From a virus, in the UHGV virus genome UHGV-1687506: a DNA stretch of 20,101 nt. One strand, given 5' to 3'. The notes under the pieces were generated by a model. That model searched no databases. It had not been told where the DNA came from and saw only the letters and a list, made by a program, of their open reading frames with translations. Numbering within the stretch: the stretch's first letter is position 1; each line of letters begins with the position of its first letter. Of the stretch, positions 7,465 to 16,319 are shown piece by piece. Made by a program: the position numbers and the translations under genes.

Positions 7465-8670
7465 ATGGCGGTTGATATTAAAGATGTCGAACAGGTCGCG
7501 CAGGAGCTGCAGCAGAAGTTTGACGACTTCAAAGCAAAGAACGACAAGCGCGTGGATGCGATTGAGCAGGAAAAAGGCAAACTTGCCGGGCAGGTGGAAA
7601 CCCTGAACGGGAAACTCAGCGAGCTGGAAAACCTCAAAAGCGATCTTGAAAAAGAGCTGCTTGAGCTGAAACGTCCGGCAGGTGGTGCGCAAAATAAACT
7701 GGCCACCGAGCATAAAGAAGCGTTTGTGGGCTTCCTGCGTAAAGGCCGTGAAGATGGTCTGCGCGATCTGGAGCGCAAGGCATTACAGGTGGGCACCGAT
7801 GAAGACGGCGGCTATGCCGTGCCGGAAGCACTGGATCGCAACATTCTCACCCTGCTGAAAGATGAAGTGGTGATGCGCCAGGAAGCCACGGTGATCACCG
7901 TTGGTGGTTCCGACTACAAAAAACTGGTGAATCTGGGCGGCACGGCTTCCGGATGGGTTGGCGAGACTGACGCGCGCTCCCAGACTGCCACCTCAAAACT
8001 GGGCCTGATTGAACCTTTCATGGGGGAAATCTACGGTAACCCGCAGGCCACCCAGAAAATGCTGGATGATGCCTTTTTCAACGTGGAAGCATGGATCAAC
8101 AGCGAGCTGGCAACCGAATTTGCCGAACAGGAAGAAATTGCCTTTACCACCGGCGATGGTACCAAGAAGCCGAAAGGGTTCCTGGCGTATGAATCCACTG
8201 ATGAAACCGATAAGGTCCGGGCGTTCGGCAAACTTCAGCATATTGTATCCGGCGAAGCGACTGCGGTGACCGCAGACGCCATTATCAAACTGATTTACAC
8301 GCTGCGTAAGGCACACCGCACTGGCGCGAAGTTCATGATGAACAACAACAGCCTGTTTGCCATCCGTCTGCTTAAAGACAGCGAGGGTAACTATCTGTGG
8401 CGTCCGGGGCTGGAACTGGGGCAGCCGTCCTCTCTGGCGGGTTACGGTATCGCTGAAAACGAACAGATGCCGGATATCGCCGCTGATGCGAAAGCCATTG
8501 CATTTGGTAACTTCAAACGGGGTTACACCATCGTTGACCGTATCGGCACCCGCATTCTGCGTGACCCGTACACCAATAAACCGTTTGTCGGTTTTTATAC
8601 CACCAAGCGCACCGGCGGGATGCTGGTCGATTCGCAGGCCATCAAACTGCTGAAGATTGCAGCGGCGTAA
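7465..8670 (+). CDS. Major capsid protein, HK97 fold, with N-terminal delta (scaffolding) domain
   Basis: The 401-aa product has a ~100-aa heptad-like N-terminus rich in E/K/L, then a capsid domain. AGGAGA precedes the ATG. No separate scaffold gene is present, consistent with HK97-type assembly. Confidence 0.92.
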   Translation: MAVDIKDVEQVAQELQQKFDDFKAKNDKRVDAIEQEKGKLAGQVETLNGKLSELENLKSDLEKELLELKRPAGGAQNKLATEHKEAFVGFLRKGREDGLRDLERKALQVGTDEDGGYAVPEALDRNILTLLKDEVVMRQEATVITVGGSDYKKLVNLGGTASGWVGETDARSQTATSKLGLIEPFMGEIYGNPQATQKMLDDAFFNVEAWINSELATEFAEQEEIAFTTGDGTKKPKGFLAYESTDETDKVRAFGKLQHIVSGEATAVTADAIIKLIYTLRKAHRTGAKFMMNNNSLFAIRLLKDSEGNYLWRPGLELGQPSSLAGYGIAENEQMPDIAADAKAIAFGNFKRGYTIVDRIGTRILRDPYTNKPFVGFYTTKRTGGMLVDSQAIKLLKIAAA

Positions 8671-8675
8671 TCACT

Positions 8676-8699
8676 CAGGGGCGCGGAACCGCGCCCCCT
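8676..8699 (+). terminator. GC-rich hairpin immediately after the major capsid gene
   Basis: CAGGGGCGCGG and CCGCGCCCCTG are exact reverse complements (about 10 bp of stem) placed 6 nt after the capsid stop. The U-tract is weak (TGTTCTG), so at most a partial terminator or stability element. Confidence 0.45.
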
Positions 8700-8719
8700 G
8701 TTCTGACGGGTGAAGAATC

Positions 8720-8920
8720 ATGATCCTGAAACAAGATCTGAAATGGTCACCGGACGGTATGCGTGTTGAGGTCATTCGGGCCGGTGAGTATGACGACGGG
8801 GCGCTTCCTGCCCGGGTGCAGGAGATTGCACTTCAGGCCGGGTTAGCAGAGCGCGGAACCAGTGCAAAAAGCAGTAAAGCGACAAAAGAGAAAAAAGCCA
8901 CGACCAGTAAAGAGGGCTGA
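8720..8920 (+). CDS. Hypothetical 66-aa protein with a Lys/Ser/Thr-rich C-terminal tail
   Basis: Track ORF in the gap between the capsid and connector genes on the same strand; its stop is 2 nt before the next start. My manual indexing disagreed with the track by 1 nt here; I follow the track. Confidence 0.5.
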   Translation: MILKQDLKWSPDGMRVEVIRAGEYDDGALPARVQEIALQAGLAERGTSAKSSKATKEKKATTSKEG

Positions 8921-8922
8921 GT

Positions 8923-9246
8923 ATGCTTCTGACAATGGAAGAGATTAAAGCCCAACTCCGGCTGGATGAGGATTTCGATGCTGATGACCGCCATCTGCAA
9001 CTGCTGGCCTGTGCGGCGCAAAAGCGGACGGAAACGTATCTGAACCGGAAGCTCTATGCACCGGATGAATCCATTCCGGACAGCGATCCGGACGGGCTGC
9101 ACCTGCCGGATGATATTCGTCTGGGGATGCTGATGCTTATCAGCCATTTTTACGAAAACCGCTCGTCGGTTACGGAAGTGGAAAAACTCGACATGCCGCA
9201 GAGTTTTGGCTGGCTTGTCGGCCCGTACAGGTACTTTCCGCAATGA
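8923..9246 (+). CDS. Head-tail connector protein (gp6-like)
   Basis: The 107-aa product is at the conserved position after the capsid gene and resembles gp6-like connector proteins. Confidence 0.78.
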   Translation: MLLTMEEIKAQLRLDEDFDADDRHLQLLACAAQKRTETYLNRKLYAPDESIPDSDPDGLHLPDDIRLGMLMLISHFYENRSSVTEVEKLDMPQSFGWLVGPYRYFPQ

Positions 9247-9653
9247 AAATTCGTCAGGCGCAGACCAGCGCAACCTACATTCTGCCGGACCCCGGTGAAC
9301 TGAATAAACGCGTCCTGATCCGCCTGCGGGTGGATGTGCCTGCGGATAACTTTGGCGTGGAGCCTCAATACCCGGTTACGTTCCGGACATGGGCGAAGGT
9401 TATCCAGACCAGTGCCACCACCTGGCAGGAAACCGCGCAGACCGGGGACGCCATCACCCATTACATCACCATTCGTTATCGCCGGGGGATCACCGCTGAT
9501 TATGAGGTGGTCTGCGGTGACAGTGTGTACCGGGTGAAACGTCAGCGCGATCTGAACGGGGCGCGGCGCTTTCTGCTGCTGGAGTGTACGGAGCTGGGCG
9601 AATGTAGGCAGAGTCACGGAGGCAACAATGACGACTTCCTTTTTGCACGTTGA
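9243..9653 (+). CDS. Head closure / head-tail adaptor protein
   Basis: 136 aa, ATGA-coupled to the preceding gene, in the conserved position of the head-closure family. Confidence 0.72.
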   Translation: MKIRQAQTSATYILPDPGELNKRVLIRLRVDVPADNFGVEPQYPVTFRTWAKVIQTSATTWQETAQTGDAITHYITIRYRRGITADYEVVCGDSVYRVKRQRDLNGARRFLLLECTELGECRQSHGGNNDDFLFAR

Positions 9654-10134
9654 TTTTCAGCAGCCCGCGGAGATGCGCTTTAACCGCGCCCGTGTCCGGC
9701 GGGCGTTTGTCACGATTGGTCAGCGTCATATGCGTGATGCCCGTCGGCTGGTGATGCGCCGTGCGCGGTCGGCACCGGGTGAAAACCCCGGTTATCAGAC
9801 CGGACGCCTGGCTCGTTCGATTGGTTACATGGTACCCAGAGCCAGTAAACATCGCCCTGGTTTTATAGCACGTATAGCCCCTAACCAGCGTAATGGAGAG
9901 GGAAACCGCCGTATCACCGGTGATTTTTATCCGGCTTTTTTGTTCTATGGCGTGAGGCGAGGGGCAAAGCGTCGTCGCAGCCATCATCGTGGTGCATCCG
10001 GTGGCAGCGGCTGGCGGCTGGCTCCACGTAATAACTTTATGGTGGAAACTCTTGAAAAGAACCGCAGCTGGACACGCTATTTTCTGGCGCGGGAATTACG
10101 TAAATCACTGAAGCCGGAGCGACGACACAGATGA
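9628..10134 (+). CDS. HK97 gp10-family neck/tail component
   Basis: 168-aa arginine-rich protein in the conserved position. GGAGG precedes the ATG by 5 nt, and the gene overlaps its upstream neighbour by 26 nt. Confidence 0.72.
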   Translation: MTTSFLHVDFQQPAEMRFNRARVRRAFVTIGQRHMRDARRLVMRRARSAPGENPGYQTGRLARSIGYMVPRASKHRPGFIARIAPNQRNGEGNRRITGDFYPAFLFYGVRRGAKRRRSHHRGASGGSGWRLAPRNNFMVETLEKNRSWTRYFLARELRKSLKPERRHR

Positions 10135-10691
10135 AACTGACGCCTGTTATTGCTGCGCTGCGTGCCCGCTGCCCGTATTTTGAAAACCGGGTGGCAGGCG
10201 CGGCACAGTTCAAAAATCTGCCGGAGGTCGGAAAGCTGAGACTCCCGGCGGCGTATGTGGTACCGGGTGATGATTCTCCGGGAGAAAACAAAAGCCAGAC
10301 CGACTACTGGCAGGAGCTGAAAGAGGGCTTCTCCGTGGTTGTCATACTGAGTAACGGGCGTGATGAGCGCGGTCAGTTTGCTTCGTATGATGTGGTGGAC
10401 GATGTCCGGCAGATGCTCTTTAAGGCCCTGCTGGGCTGGAACCCGGAAGCGTGCGGTAACCCGATTACCTATGACGGCGGCACGCTGCTGGATCTGAATC
10501 GTCATGAGCTGATTTATCAGTTCGATTTTTCGGTCATCAGCGAGCTGACCGAAGACGATACCCGCCAGCAGGATGACCTGAACAGTCTGGATGAACTGCG
10601 AACGCTGGCGATTGATGTTGATTATCTCGATCCCGGTAACGGGCCTGACGGCGATATCGAACATCACACCGAAATACCCCTTCCTTCCTGA
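10131..10691 (+). CDS. Putative tail completion/terminator protein (Mu-type module; family uncertain)
   Basis: 186 aa, ATGA-coupled to the upstream gene, located just before the sheath gene. The acidic C-terminal half is plausible for a real protein, but the family assignment is tentative. Confidence 0.6.
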   Translation: MKLTPVIAALRARCPYFENRVAGAAQFKNLPEVGKLRLPAAYVVPGDDSPGENKSQTDYWQELKEGFSVVVILSNGRDERGQFASYDVVDDVRQMLFKALLGWNPEACGNPITYDGGTLLDLNRHELIYQFDFSVISELTEDDTRQQDDLNSLDELRTLAIDVDYLDPGNGPDGDIEHHTEIPLPS

Positions 10692-10699
10692 GGATCATC

Positions 10700-10870
10700 A
10701 TGTTTGTGAAACCTGTTAAAGGGCGGTCAGTGCCTGACCCTGCCCGCGGCGACCTTTTGCCCGCCGAAGGGCGAAATGTTGATGAGAACAACTACTGGCT
10801 GCGCCGTGAAGCAGCGGGTGATATCCGGCGCGTGAATAAAAAGGTGAACACCGATGACGATAAGCTTTAA
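10700..10870 (+). CDS. Small 56-aa basic protein, function unknown
   Basis: Found by hand (below the track's length cutoff): ATG about 10700 to TAA about 10868-10870, MFVKPVKGRSVPDPARGDLLPAEGRNVDENNYWLRREAAGDIRRVNKKVNTDDDKL. It fills the gap between neighbours and overlaps the sheath start by about 17 nt. Confidence 0.45.
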   Translation: MFVKPVKGRSVPDPARGDLLPAEGRNVDENNYWLRREAAGDIRRVNKKVNTDDDKL

Positions 10871-12350
10871 CACCATTCCGTCGAATACGCTGGTTCCGCT
10901 GTTTTATGCGGAAATGGATAACCAGGCTGCGAATACTGCACAGGACAGCGGAGCATCGCTGCTGATTGGTCATGCCAATAACGGTGCAGAGATTGTTGCC
11001 AACAGTCTGGTGCTGATGCCGTCGGCAGACTATGCACGCCAGATTTGTGGTGCGGGAAGTCAGCTGGCGCGTATGGTCGAGGCTTATCGCCAGACCGACC
11101 CGTTTGGTGAGCTGTATGTGATTGCCGTTCCGGAAGCCACAGGCGCGGCGGCAACGGTTACGCTGACGGTGACCGGGGAAGCAACCGAAAGCGGCACGGT
11201 GAATGTCTATGTGGGACGTACCCGCGTGCAGGCTCCGGTGACCAACGGCGATAACGTCACGACGATTGCCAGCAGTATCAAAGATGCCATCAATGCCGTT
11301 CCGACTCTGCCGTTTACAGCTTCATCTTCGGCTGGCGTGGTCACACTGACCGCGCGTCATAAGGGGCTTTGCGGGAATGAAATTCCTGTCAGCCTCAATT
11401 ACTACGGCTTTGGTGGGGGCGAAGTGCTGCCTGCGGGCGTACAGATTGCTGTGGCGACGGGGACCGCCGGAACGGGCTCTCCTGTTCTCACCGGCGCGGT
11501 GGCTGCAATGGCGGATGAGCCGTTTGATTATATCGGCCTGCCGTTCAACGACACGGCCTCCGTTAACACGCTGGTGACCGAGATGAACGATACCAGCGGT
11601 CGCTGGAGCTATGCGCGTCAGCTGTATGGTCATGTGTATACGGCAAAGATCGGCACGCTGTCAGAACTGGTGACCGCAGGTGACCAGTTTAACCAGCAGC
11701 ACATTACCCTGGCGGGGTACGAAAAAGAGACCCAGACGCCTGCTGACGAGCTGGCGGCAAGCCGTACTGCCCGCGCAGCGGTGTTTATTCGCAACGATCC
11801 GGCACGTCCCACGCAGACCGGTGAGCTGGTGGGTATGCTGCCTGCGCCGAAGGGGAAACGGTTCACGATGACCGAACAACAGACCCTGCTGTCTCATGGC
11901 GTGGCAACGGCGTATGTCGAAAGCGGGGTGCTGCGCATTCAGCGTGATGTCACCACGTACAGGAAAAACGCTTACGGGGTTGCGGATAACAGCTACCTCG
12001 ACAGTGAGACACTGCATACCAGCGCGTATGTACTGCGCAAACTGAAATCCGTCATTACCAGTAAGTACGGGCGTCACAAGCTTGCCAGTGACGGTACCCG
12101 CTTTGGTCCCGGTCAGGCGATTGTCACCCCGGCGGTGATCAAAGGGGAACTGCTGGCAACCTACCGTCAGCTTGAGCGTGCGGGGATCGTGGAAAACTAC
12201 GAACTGTTTAAGCAGTACCTGGTTGTGGAGCGTGATGCCAGCGATCCGAACCGCCTGAACACGCTGTTCCCGCCTGACTATGTTAACCAGTTGCGTGTCT
12301 TTGCCGTGGTTAACCAGTTCCGTCTTCAGTATTCAGAGGAGTCTGCATAA
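10854..12350 (+). CDS. Contractile tail sheath protein (Mu gpL-like)
   Basis: 498 aa, followed by a tube gene, chaperone pair and tape measure gene, which is the canonical myovirus order. AAGGTG precedes the ATG. Confidence 0.85.
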   Translation: MTISFNTIPSNTLVPLFYAEMDNQAANTAQDSGASLLIGHANNGAEIVANSLVLMPSADYARQICGAGSQLARMVEAYRQTDPFGELYVIAVPEATGAAATVTLTVTGEATESGTVNVYVGRTRVQAPVTNGDNVTTIASSIKDAINAVPTLPFTASSSAGVVTLTARHKGLCGNEIPVSLNYYGFGGGEVLPAGVQIAVATGTAGTGSPVLTGAVAAMADEPFDYIGLPFNDTASVNTLVTEMNDTSGRWSYARQLYGHVYTAKIGTLSELVTAGDQFNQQHITLAGYEKETQTPADELAASRTARAAVFIRNDPARPTQTGELVGMLPAPKGKRFTMTEQQTLLSHGVATAYVESGVLRIQRDVTTYRKNAYGVADNSYLDSETLHTSAYVLRKLKSVITSKYGRHKLASDGTRFGPGQAIVTPAVIKGELLATYRQLERAGIVENYELFKQYLVVERDASDPNRLNTLFPPDYVNQLRVFAVVNQFRLQYSEESA

Positions 12351-12706
12351 TGGCACGTATCGGGGGAACCTGTTATTTCAAAATTGACGGTCAGCAGCTA
12401 TCGCTGACCGGCGGCATTGAGGTGCCCATGAACAGGACGGTCAATGATGACATCATCGGCCTGGACGGTTCAGTGGACCGCAAGGAAACTCACCGTGCGC
12501 CCTATGTCAAAGGGACCTTCAAGGTGCCGAAGAATTTTCCGGTGAGCAAAATCACCTCGTCTGATGAGATGACCATCACTGCCGAGCTGGCGAACGGTCA
12601 GGTCTATGTACTGTCGTCTGCCTGGCTGCACGGCGAAGCGAACCATAATGCCGAAGAAGGCACGGTCGATCTTGAGTTCCACGGTGAAGAAGGGGATTAC
12701 CAGTAA
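12350..12706 (+). CDS. Tail tube protein (Mu gpM-like)
   Basis: 118 aa, TAATG overlap with the sheath stop, GAGGAG ribosome-binding site, conserved position after the sheath gene. Confidence 0.8.
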   Translation: MARIGGTCYFKIDGQQLSLTGGIEVPMNRTVNDDIIGLDGSVDRKETHRAPYVKGTFKVPKNFPVSKITSSDEMTITAELANGQVYVLSSAWLHGEANHNAEEGTVDLEFHGEEGDYQ

Positions 12707-12975
12707 TGAAAGAGCTTGAGTTAAAGAAACCGATTACCGCTCATGGCGAGACACTCTCCGTACTGGAGTTTGATGAGCCCACCGGGAAAGATGTCCGCGA
12801 GCTGGGGTATCCCTACCAGATGAATCAGGATGAGTCCGTCAGACTTCTGGCGCATGTGGTATCGAAATACATCGTGCGGCTGGCGAAAGTGCCGCAAAGC
12901 TCTGTCGACCAGATGTCTCCGGCAGACCTGAATGCAGCGGCGTGGCTTGTGGCCGGTTTTTTCCTCCAGGCCTGA
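12706..12975 (+). CDS. Tail assembly chaperone, short form (lambda G analogue)
   Basis: 89 aa, TAATG-coupled to the tube gene and located directly upstream of the tape measure gene. It ends 10 nt after a T-rich slippery site. Confidence 0.7.
   Translation: MKELELKKPITAHGETLSVLEFDEPTGKDVRELGYPYQMNQDESVRLLAHVVSKYIVRLAKVPQSSVDQMSPADLNAAAWLVAGFFLQA
12957..12963 (+). promoter_or_regulatory. Candidate -1 ribosomal slippery heptamer T_TTT_TTC
   Basis: The sequence fits X_XXY_YYZ in the zero frame of the chaperone (codons TTT TTC at 12958-12963). Slipping back one base gives FFPPGLTAEY... in the overlapping frame. Confidence 0.55.
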
Positions 12976-13124
12976 CGGCTGAATACCTCACTGATCGCTT
13001 CTTTGACTGCGCCAGTTACTGGCGCATTAATCCTTTCGAATTGCTGAATATGCCGATCAGTGAAATTCCCTTACTGGTCAGTCAGGCAAACAGGATAGAG
13101 CAGGAGAAACGCACACATGGCTGA
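12957..13124 (+). CDS. -1 frame extension of the tail chaperone (lambda GT analogue), predicted to be made by programmed frameshifting
   Basis: The -1 frame is open from 12942 to 13124 and overlaps the end of the chaperone ORF across the heptamer T TTT TTC (12957-12963). Its stop overlaps the tape measure start. Confidence 0.55.
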   Translation, partial: FFPPGLTAEYLTDRFFDCASYWRINPFELLNMPISEIPLLVSQANRIEQEKRTHG

Positions 13125-14952
13125 ATTTGAGCTTAAGGCGTTGATCACCGGTGTCGACAGGCTTTCTCCCGCGCTGTCGAAAATGCAAAAGAAAATCCGG
13201 GGATTTAAACGCCAGGCGGAAGAAGCGTCACAGGGTGGGCTGGCGCTTGGTGGCGGACTGGCAGCGGGTCTGACGCTTTCCCTGAAATCTTATGCCGATC
13301 AGGAAAACGCCGCCACCGGGCTGAAAGTCGCCATGATGGATGCGAACGGCGAGGTTGGAAAGAGCTTTCAGGACATCAATAAACTGGCTATTGGCCTGGG
13401 TAACCAGCTACCCGGTACAACGGCTGATTTCCAGAACATGATGCAGATGCTGGTGCGTCAGGGGATCCCGGCAGAAAACATTCTGGGTGGTGTGGGTAAA
13501 GCGACAGCTTATCTTGCGGTACAACTGAAAAAAACACCGGAAGCGGCTGCTGAGTTTGCTGCAAAGATGCAGGATGCTACCGGAACGGCGTCAGAAGACA
13601 TGATGGGGCTGTTCGACACTATCCAGAAGGCGTTTTATCTGGGCGTTGACGATACCAACATGTTGTCCTTCTTCACTAAAACCAGTTCTGTTCTGAAGAT
13701 GGTGAACAAGGACGGTCTTCAGGCTGCACAGAGCCTTGCCCCCATCAGCGTCATGATGGATCAGATGGGGATGAACGGGGAGTCGGCAGGTAATGCCCTG
13801 CGAAAAGTTATCCAGTCCGGATTAAGCGTTAAGAAAATCAGGGACGTCAATAAAGTCATGGCCCGCCAGAGACTCGGGGTACAGCTCGATTTTACTGACG
13901 GCAAAGGAAGTTTTGGCGGTCTTGATAACATGTTCAGGCAACTGGCAAAGCTGCGAAAACTGACCGACGTTAAGCGAACAGGTGTACTTAAGGCAATATT
14001 TGGTGATGATGCCGAAACCCTTCAGGTGGTCAATGCACTAATCGATAAAGGAAAGGATGGCTACGATCAGATCCAGCAGAAGATGAATAAACAGGCCAGC
14101 CTGAATAAACGTGTTCAGGCCCAGCTTGGTACGCTGTCCAACCTGTGGGAGGCAATGACGGGGACCGCAACTAACGGCCTTGCGGCTATTGGCGGCGCAT
14201 TTTCTGGTGACGCCAAAAATATCACGCAATGGCTGGGGGAGTTGGGGGAGAAATTCACGAAGTTTGCGGATGAAAATCCCCGGGTTATTCGCGGCGTCGT
14301 CGGGCTTGCTGCCGGTCTTGCGATTCTGAAACTGGGATTGATGGGCGTGGGCAGTGCCATCAGTATTGTCAGCAGGATCATGTCGATGACGCCGATTGGC
14401 ATGATTGCGACGGCGATAGCCCTGGCTGCGGGATTAATTATCACTAACTGGGATGTTGTTGGACCTTATTTTAAGAAACTCTGGGAAACCATTGGTCCTT
14501 ATTTTGAGGCTGGCTGGGAACTCCTTAAGAAAGTTTTTGCCTGGTCGCCGCTGGGGATGGTGATCAATAACTGGGGGCCGGTTGTTAAGTGGTTTCAGGA
14601 TATGTGGGACAAGCTGAAGCCAATTATTGAGTGGTTTACCGACAGTTCCGGTGACACGGTCGATGCCATTAACTCTGCGCAGTGGGGCGCGGGTGCTTAT
14701 GATGCTTATGGGACGGGAATATCGGCGCGGGGATACATACCTTATCCGGTGGTGGATCTGGCTCAGTCAAACAACGCCTCCGGTGCCACAGGCCCGAATC
14801 CCTTCATGATTAACAAAGCTTCTGCGCCAAAAGTTGATGGTGAGATCAAGGTCTCTTTTGTGAATTCGCCTCCGGGTATGCGGGTTATGGAAACGCGATC
14901 CAGCGGTTTTGATGTCAGCCATGATGTTGGCTATACGCGCTTTGGCAGGTAA
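13117..14952 (+). CDS. Tail tape measure protein
   Basis: 611 aa with Ala/Gly/Leu-rich repeats, a hydrophobic segment (VIRGVVGLAAGLAILKLGLMGVGSAISIV) and Trp-rich periodic motifs. It lies after the chaperone pair. Confidence 0.9.
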   Translation: MAEFELKALITGVDRLSPALSKMQKKIRGFKRQAEEASQGGLALGGGLAAGLTLSLKSYADQENAATGLKVAMMDANGEVGKSFQDINKLAIGLGNQLPGTTADFQNMMQMLVRQGIPAENILGGVGKATAYLAVQLKKTPEAAAEFAAKMQDATGTASEDMMGLFDTIQKAFYLGVDDTNMLSFFTKTSSVLKMVNKDGLQAAQSLAPISVMMDQMGMNGESAGNALRKVIQSGLSVKKIRDVNKVMARQRLGVQLDFTDGKGSFGGLDNMFRQLAKLRKLTDVKRTGVLKAIFGDDAETLQVVNALIDKGKDGYDQIQQKMNKQASLNKRVQAQLGTLSNLWEAMTGTATNGLAAIGGAFSGDAKNITQWLGELGEKFTKFADENPRVIRGVVGLAAGLAILKLGLMGVGSAISIVSRIMSMTPIGMIATAIALAAGLIITNWDVVGPYFKKLWETIGPYFEAGWELLKKVFAWSPLGMVINNWGPVVKWFQDMWDKLKPIIEWFTDSSGDTVDAINSAQWGAGAYDAYGTGISARGYIPYPVVDLAQSNNASGATGPNPFMINKASAPKVDGEIKVSFVNSPPGMRVMETRSSGFDVSHDVGYTRFGR

Positions 14953-14975
14953 TGAAAAATTAATCTGTTAATGAG

Positions 14976-14997
14976 TCCCACTCCGGTGGGATTTTTT
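14976..14997 (+). terminator. Intrinsic terminator-like hairpin after the tape measure gene
   Basis: TCCCAC-TCCG-GTGGGA (6-bp stem, 4-nt loop) is followed directly by TTTTTT. It sits in the 60-nt gap between the tape measure stop and the ATG at 15013. Confidence 0.5.
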
Positions 14998-15012
14998 ATG
15001 TACGGAGTTTAT

Positions 15013-16319
15013 ATGACGTGGAAAGACAGATTTCAGGACGCGTCATTTCGCGGTGTGCCGTTTAAGGTTGAAGAAGAAAGTACGGGAACCGGTCGTCGTG
15101 TGGAAACGCACGAATACCCGAACCGCGACAAACCCTATACCGAAGACCTAGGGAAAATCACTTTCCGCCCGTCCATCACGGCTTATGTGGTGGGAGATGA
15201 CTGCTTTGACCAGCGCGATCGCCTGATTAACGCGCTGAATAAACCCGGTCCCGGCACGCTTGTCCATCCGACTTACGGTGAGCTGAAAGTCTGTGTTGAC
15301 GGAGAGGTTCGGGTCAGCACATCGAAGAGTGAAGGGCGTATTGTCCGCTTTGACCTGAAGTTTGTCGAAGCGGGAGAACTCTCTTACCCCACATCAGGTG
15401 CGGCGACGGCGCAGACGCTGATGTCATCCTGTTCTGCACTGGATGACTGCATCAGTGACAGTTTCAGTAGTTTCAGTATCGATGGCGTGGCAGATTTTGT
15501 GCAGAACGACGTCGTCGGTAATGCCAGCACAATGCTTGGGTATGTTTCTGATGCGATGAAAGTGGTGGATTCTGCCGTATCGGATGCCGCCAGGCTGTTG
15601 CAGGGGGATATCTCGGTACTTCTGCCGCCGCCATCGTCAGGCAAAAATTTCGTTGAGCAGGTGCAGAAAATGTGGCGTACCGGGAAGCGCCTTTATGGTA
15701 ACGCCAGCGACCTGGTCACCATGATCAAAACGCTTTCCTGCAACCGCGCGGCGTCTGGAAAACGGACAGTAAAACCACCGCCACGGCTACGCAGCAGCGT
15801 AACGTGGTTGCCAGCACCCTTCGTACGACCGCAATCAGCGAAGCGGCGTATGCCGTCACCCGATTGCTTGCGCCAACAACTTCCGCGGTGATGCAGAATG
15901 CCGCAGTGGGGCAGGCAACAACACCTGCGCAGAGCACTGGCTGGCCTTCCGTCACGAATCCGGCACTGAACAATGCACCGGCGGTGAAAAACACAGTTGA
16001 CCTGCCGACGTGGGAAGAACTGACTGACATTCGCGACACACTGAATACGGCAATTGATAAGGAGTTGTCCCGTACAACCAGTGATGCGCTGTTTCTGGCG
16101 CTGCGCCGGGTGAAAGCAGATCTGAATGCGGATATCAACACGCGCCTTGAACAGTCTGCACGGATCATTCAGCGCACGCCGGATGAGGTTTTACCCGCGC
16201 TGGTGCTGGCGGCGACCTGGTTTGATAACGCGGCGCGTGACGCGGACATTATCCGGCGTAATGCCATTACGCATCCCGGCTTTGTGCCGGTGATCCCTCT
16301 GAAGGTGCCAGTGCAATGA
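15013..16319 (+). pseudogene. DNA circulation protein (Mu gpN-like) interrupted by a frameshift near 15735-15755
   Basis: The N-terminal part (track ORF 14971..15891, real start MTWKDRFQDASFRGVPF at 15013 with GGAG upstream) and the C-terminal part (frame of track ORF 15804..16319, open from 15702) are in different frames. Plausible protein sequence switches from one frame to the other inside CAACCGCGCGGCG, and each frame turns to R/P/S-rich nonsense beyond the switch. Confidence 0.7.

Noticed and set aside
9490-9987. 165-aa minus-strand ORF across the head closure and gp10-like genes
   Set aside because: It is antisense to two coupled plus-strand genes and its composition (R/P/T/C-rich) is not protein-like.
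10077-10667. 196-aa minus-strand ORF antisense to the tail completion gene
   Set aside because: Every convincing gene in 2687-20101 is on the plus strand with coupled starts and stops. This ORF has a low-complexity, Arg/Ile-rich composition typical of a shadow frame in GC-rich coding DNA and no ribosome-binding site context.
15725-16168. 147-aa minus-strand ORF inside the N-like gene
   Set aside because: Shadow ORF in a GC-rich region; the plus strand encodes the recognisable DNA circulation protein.
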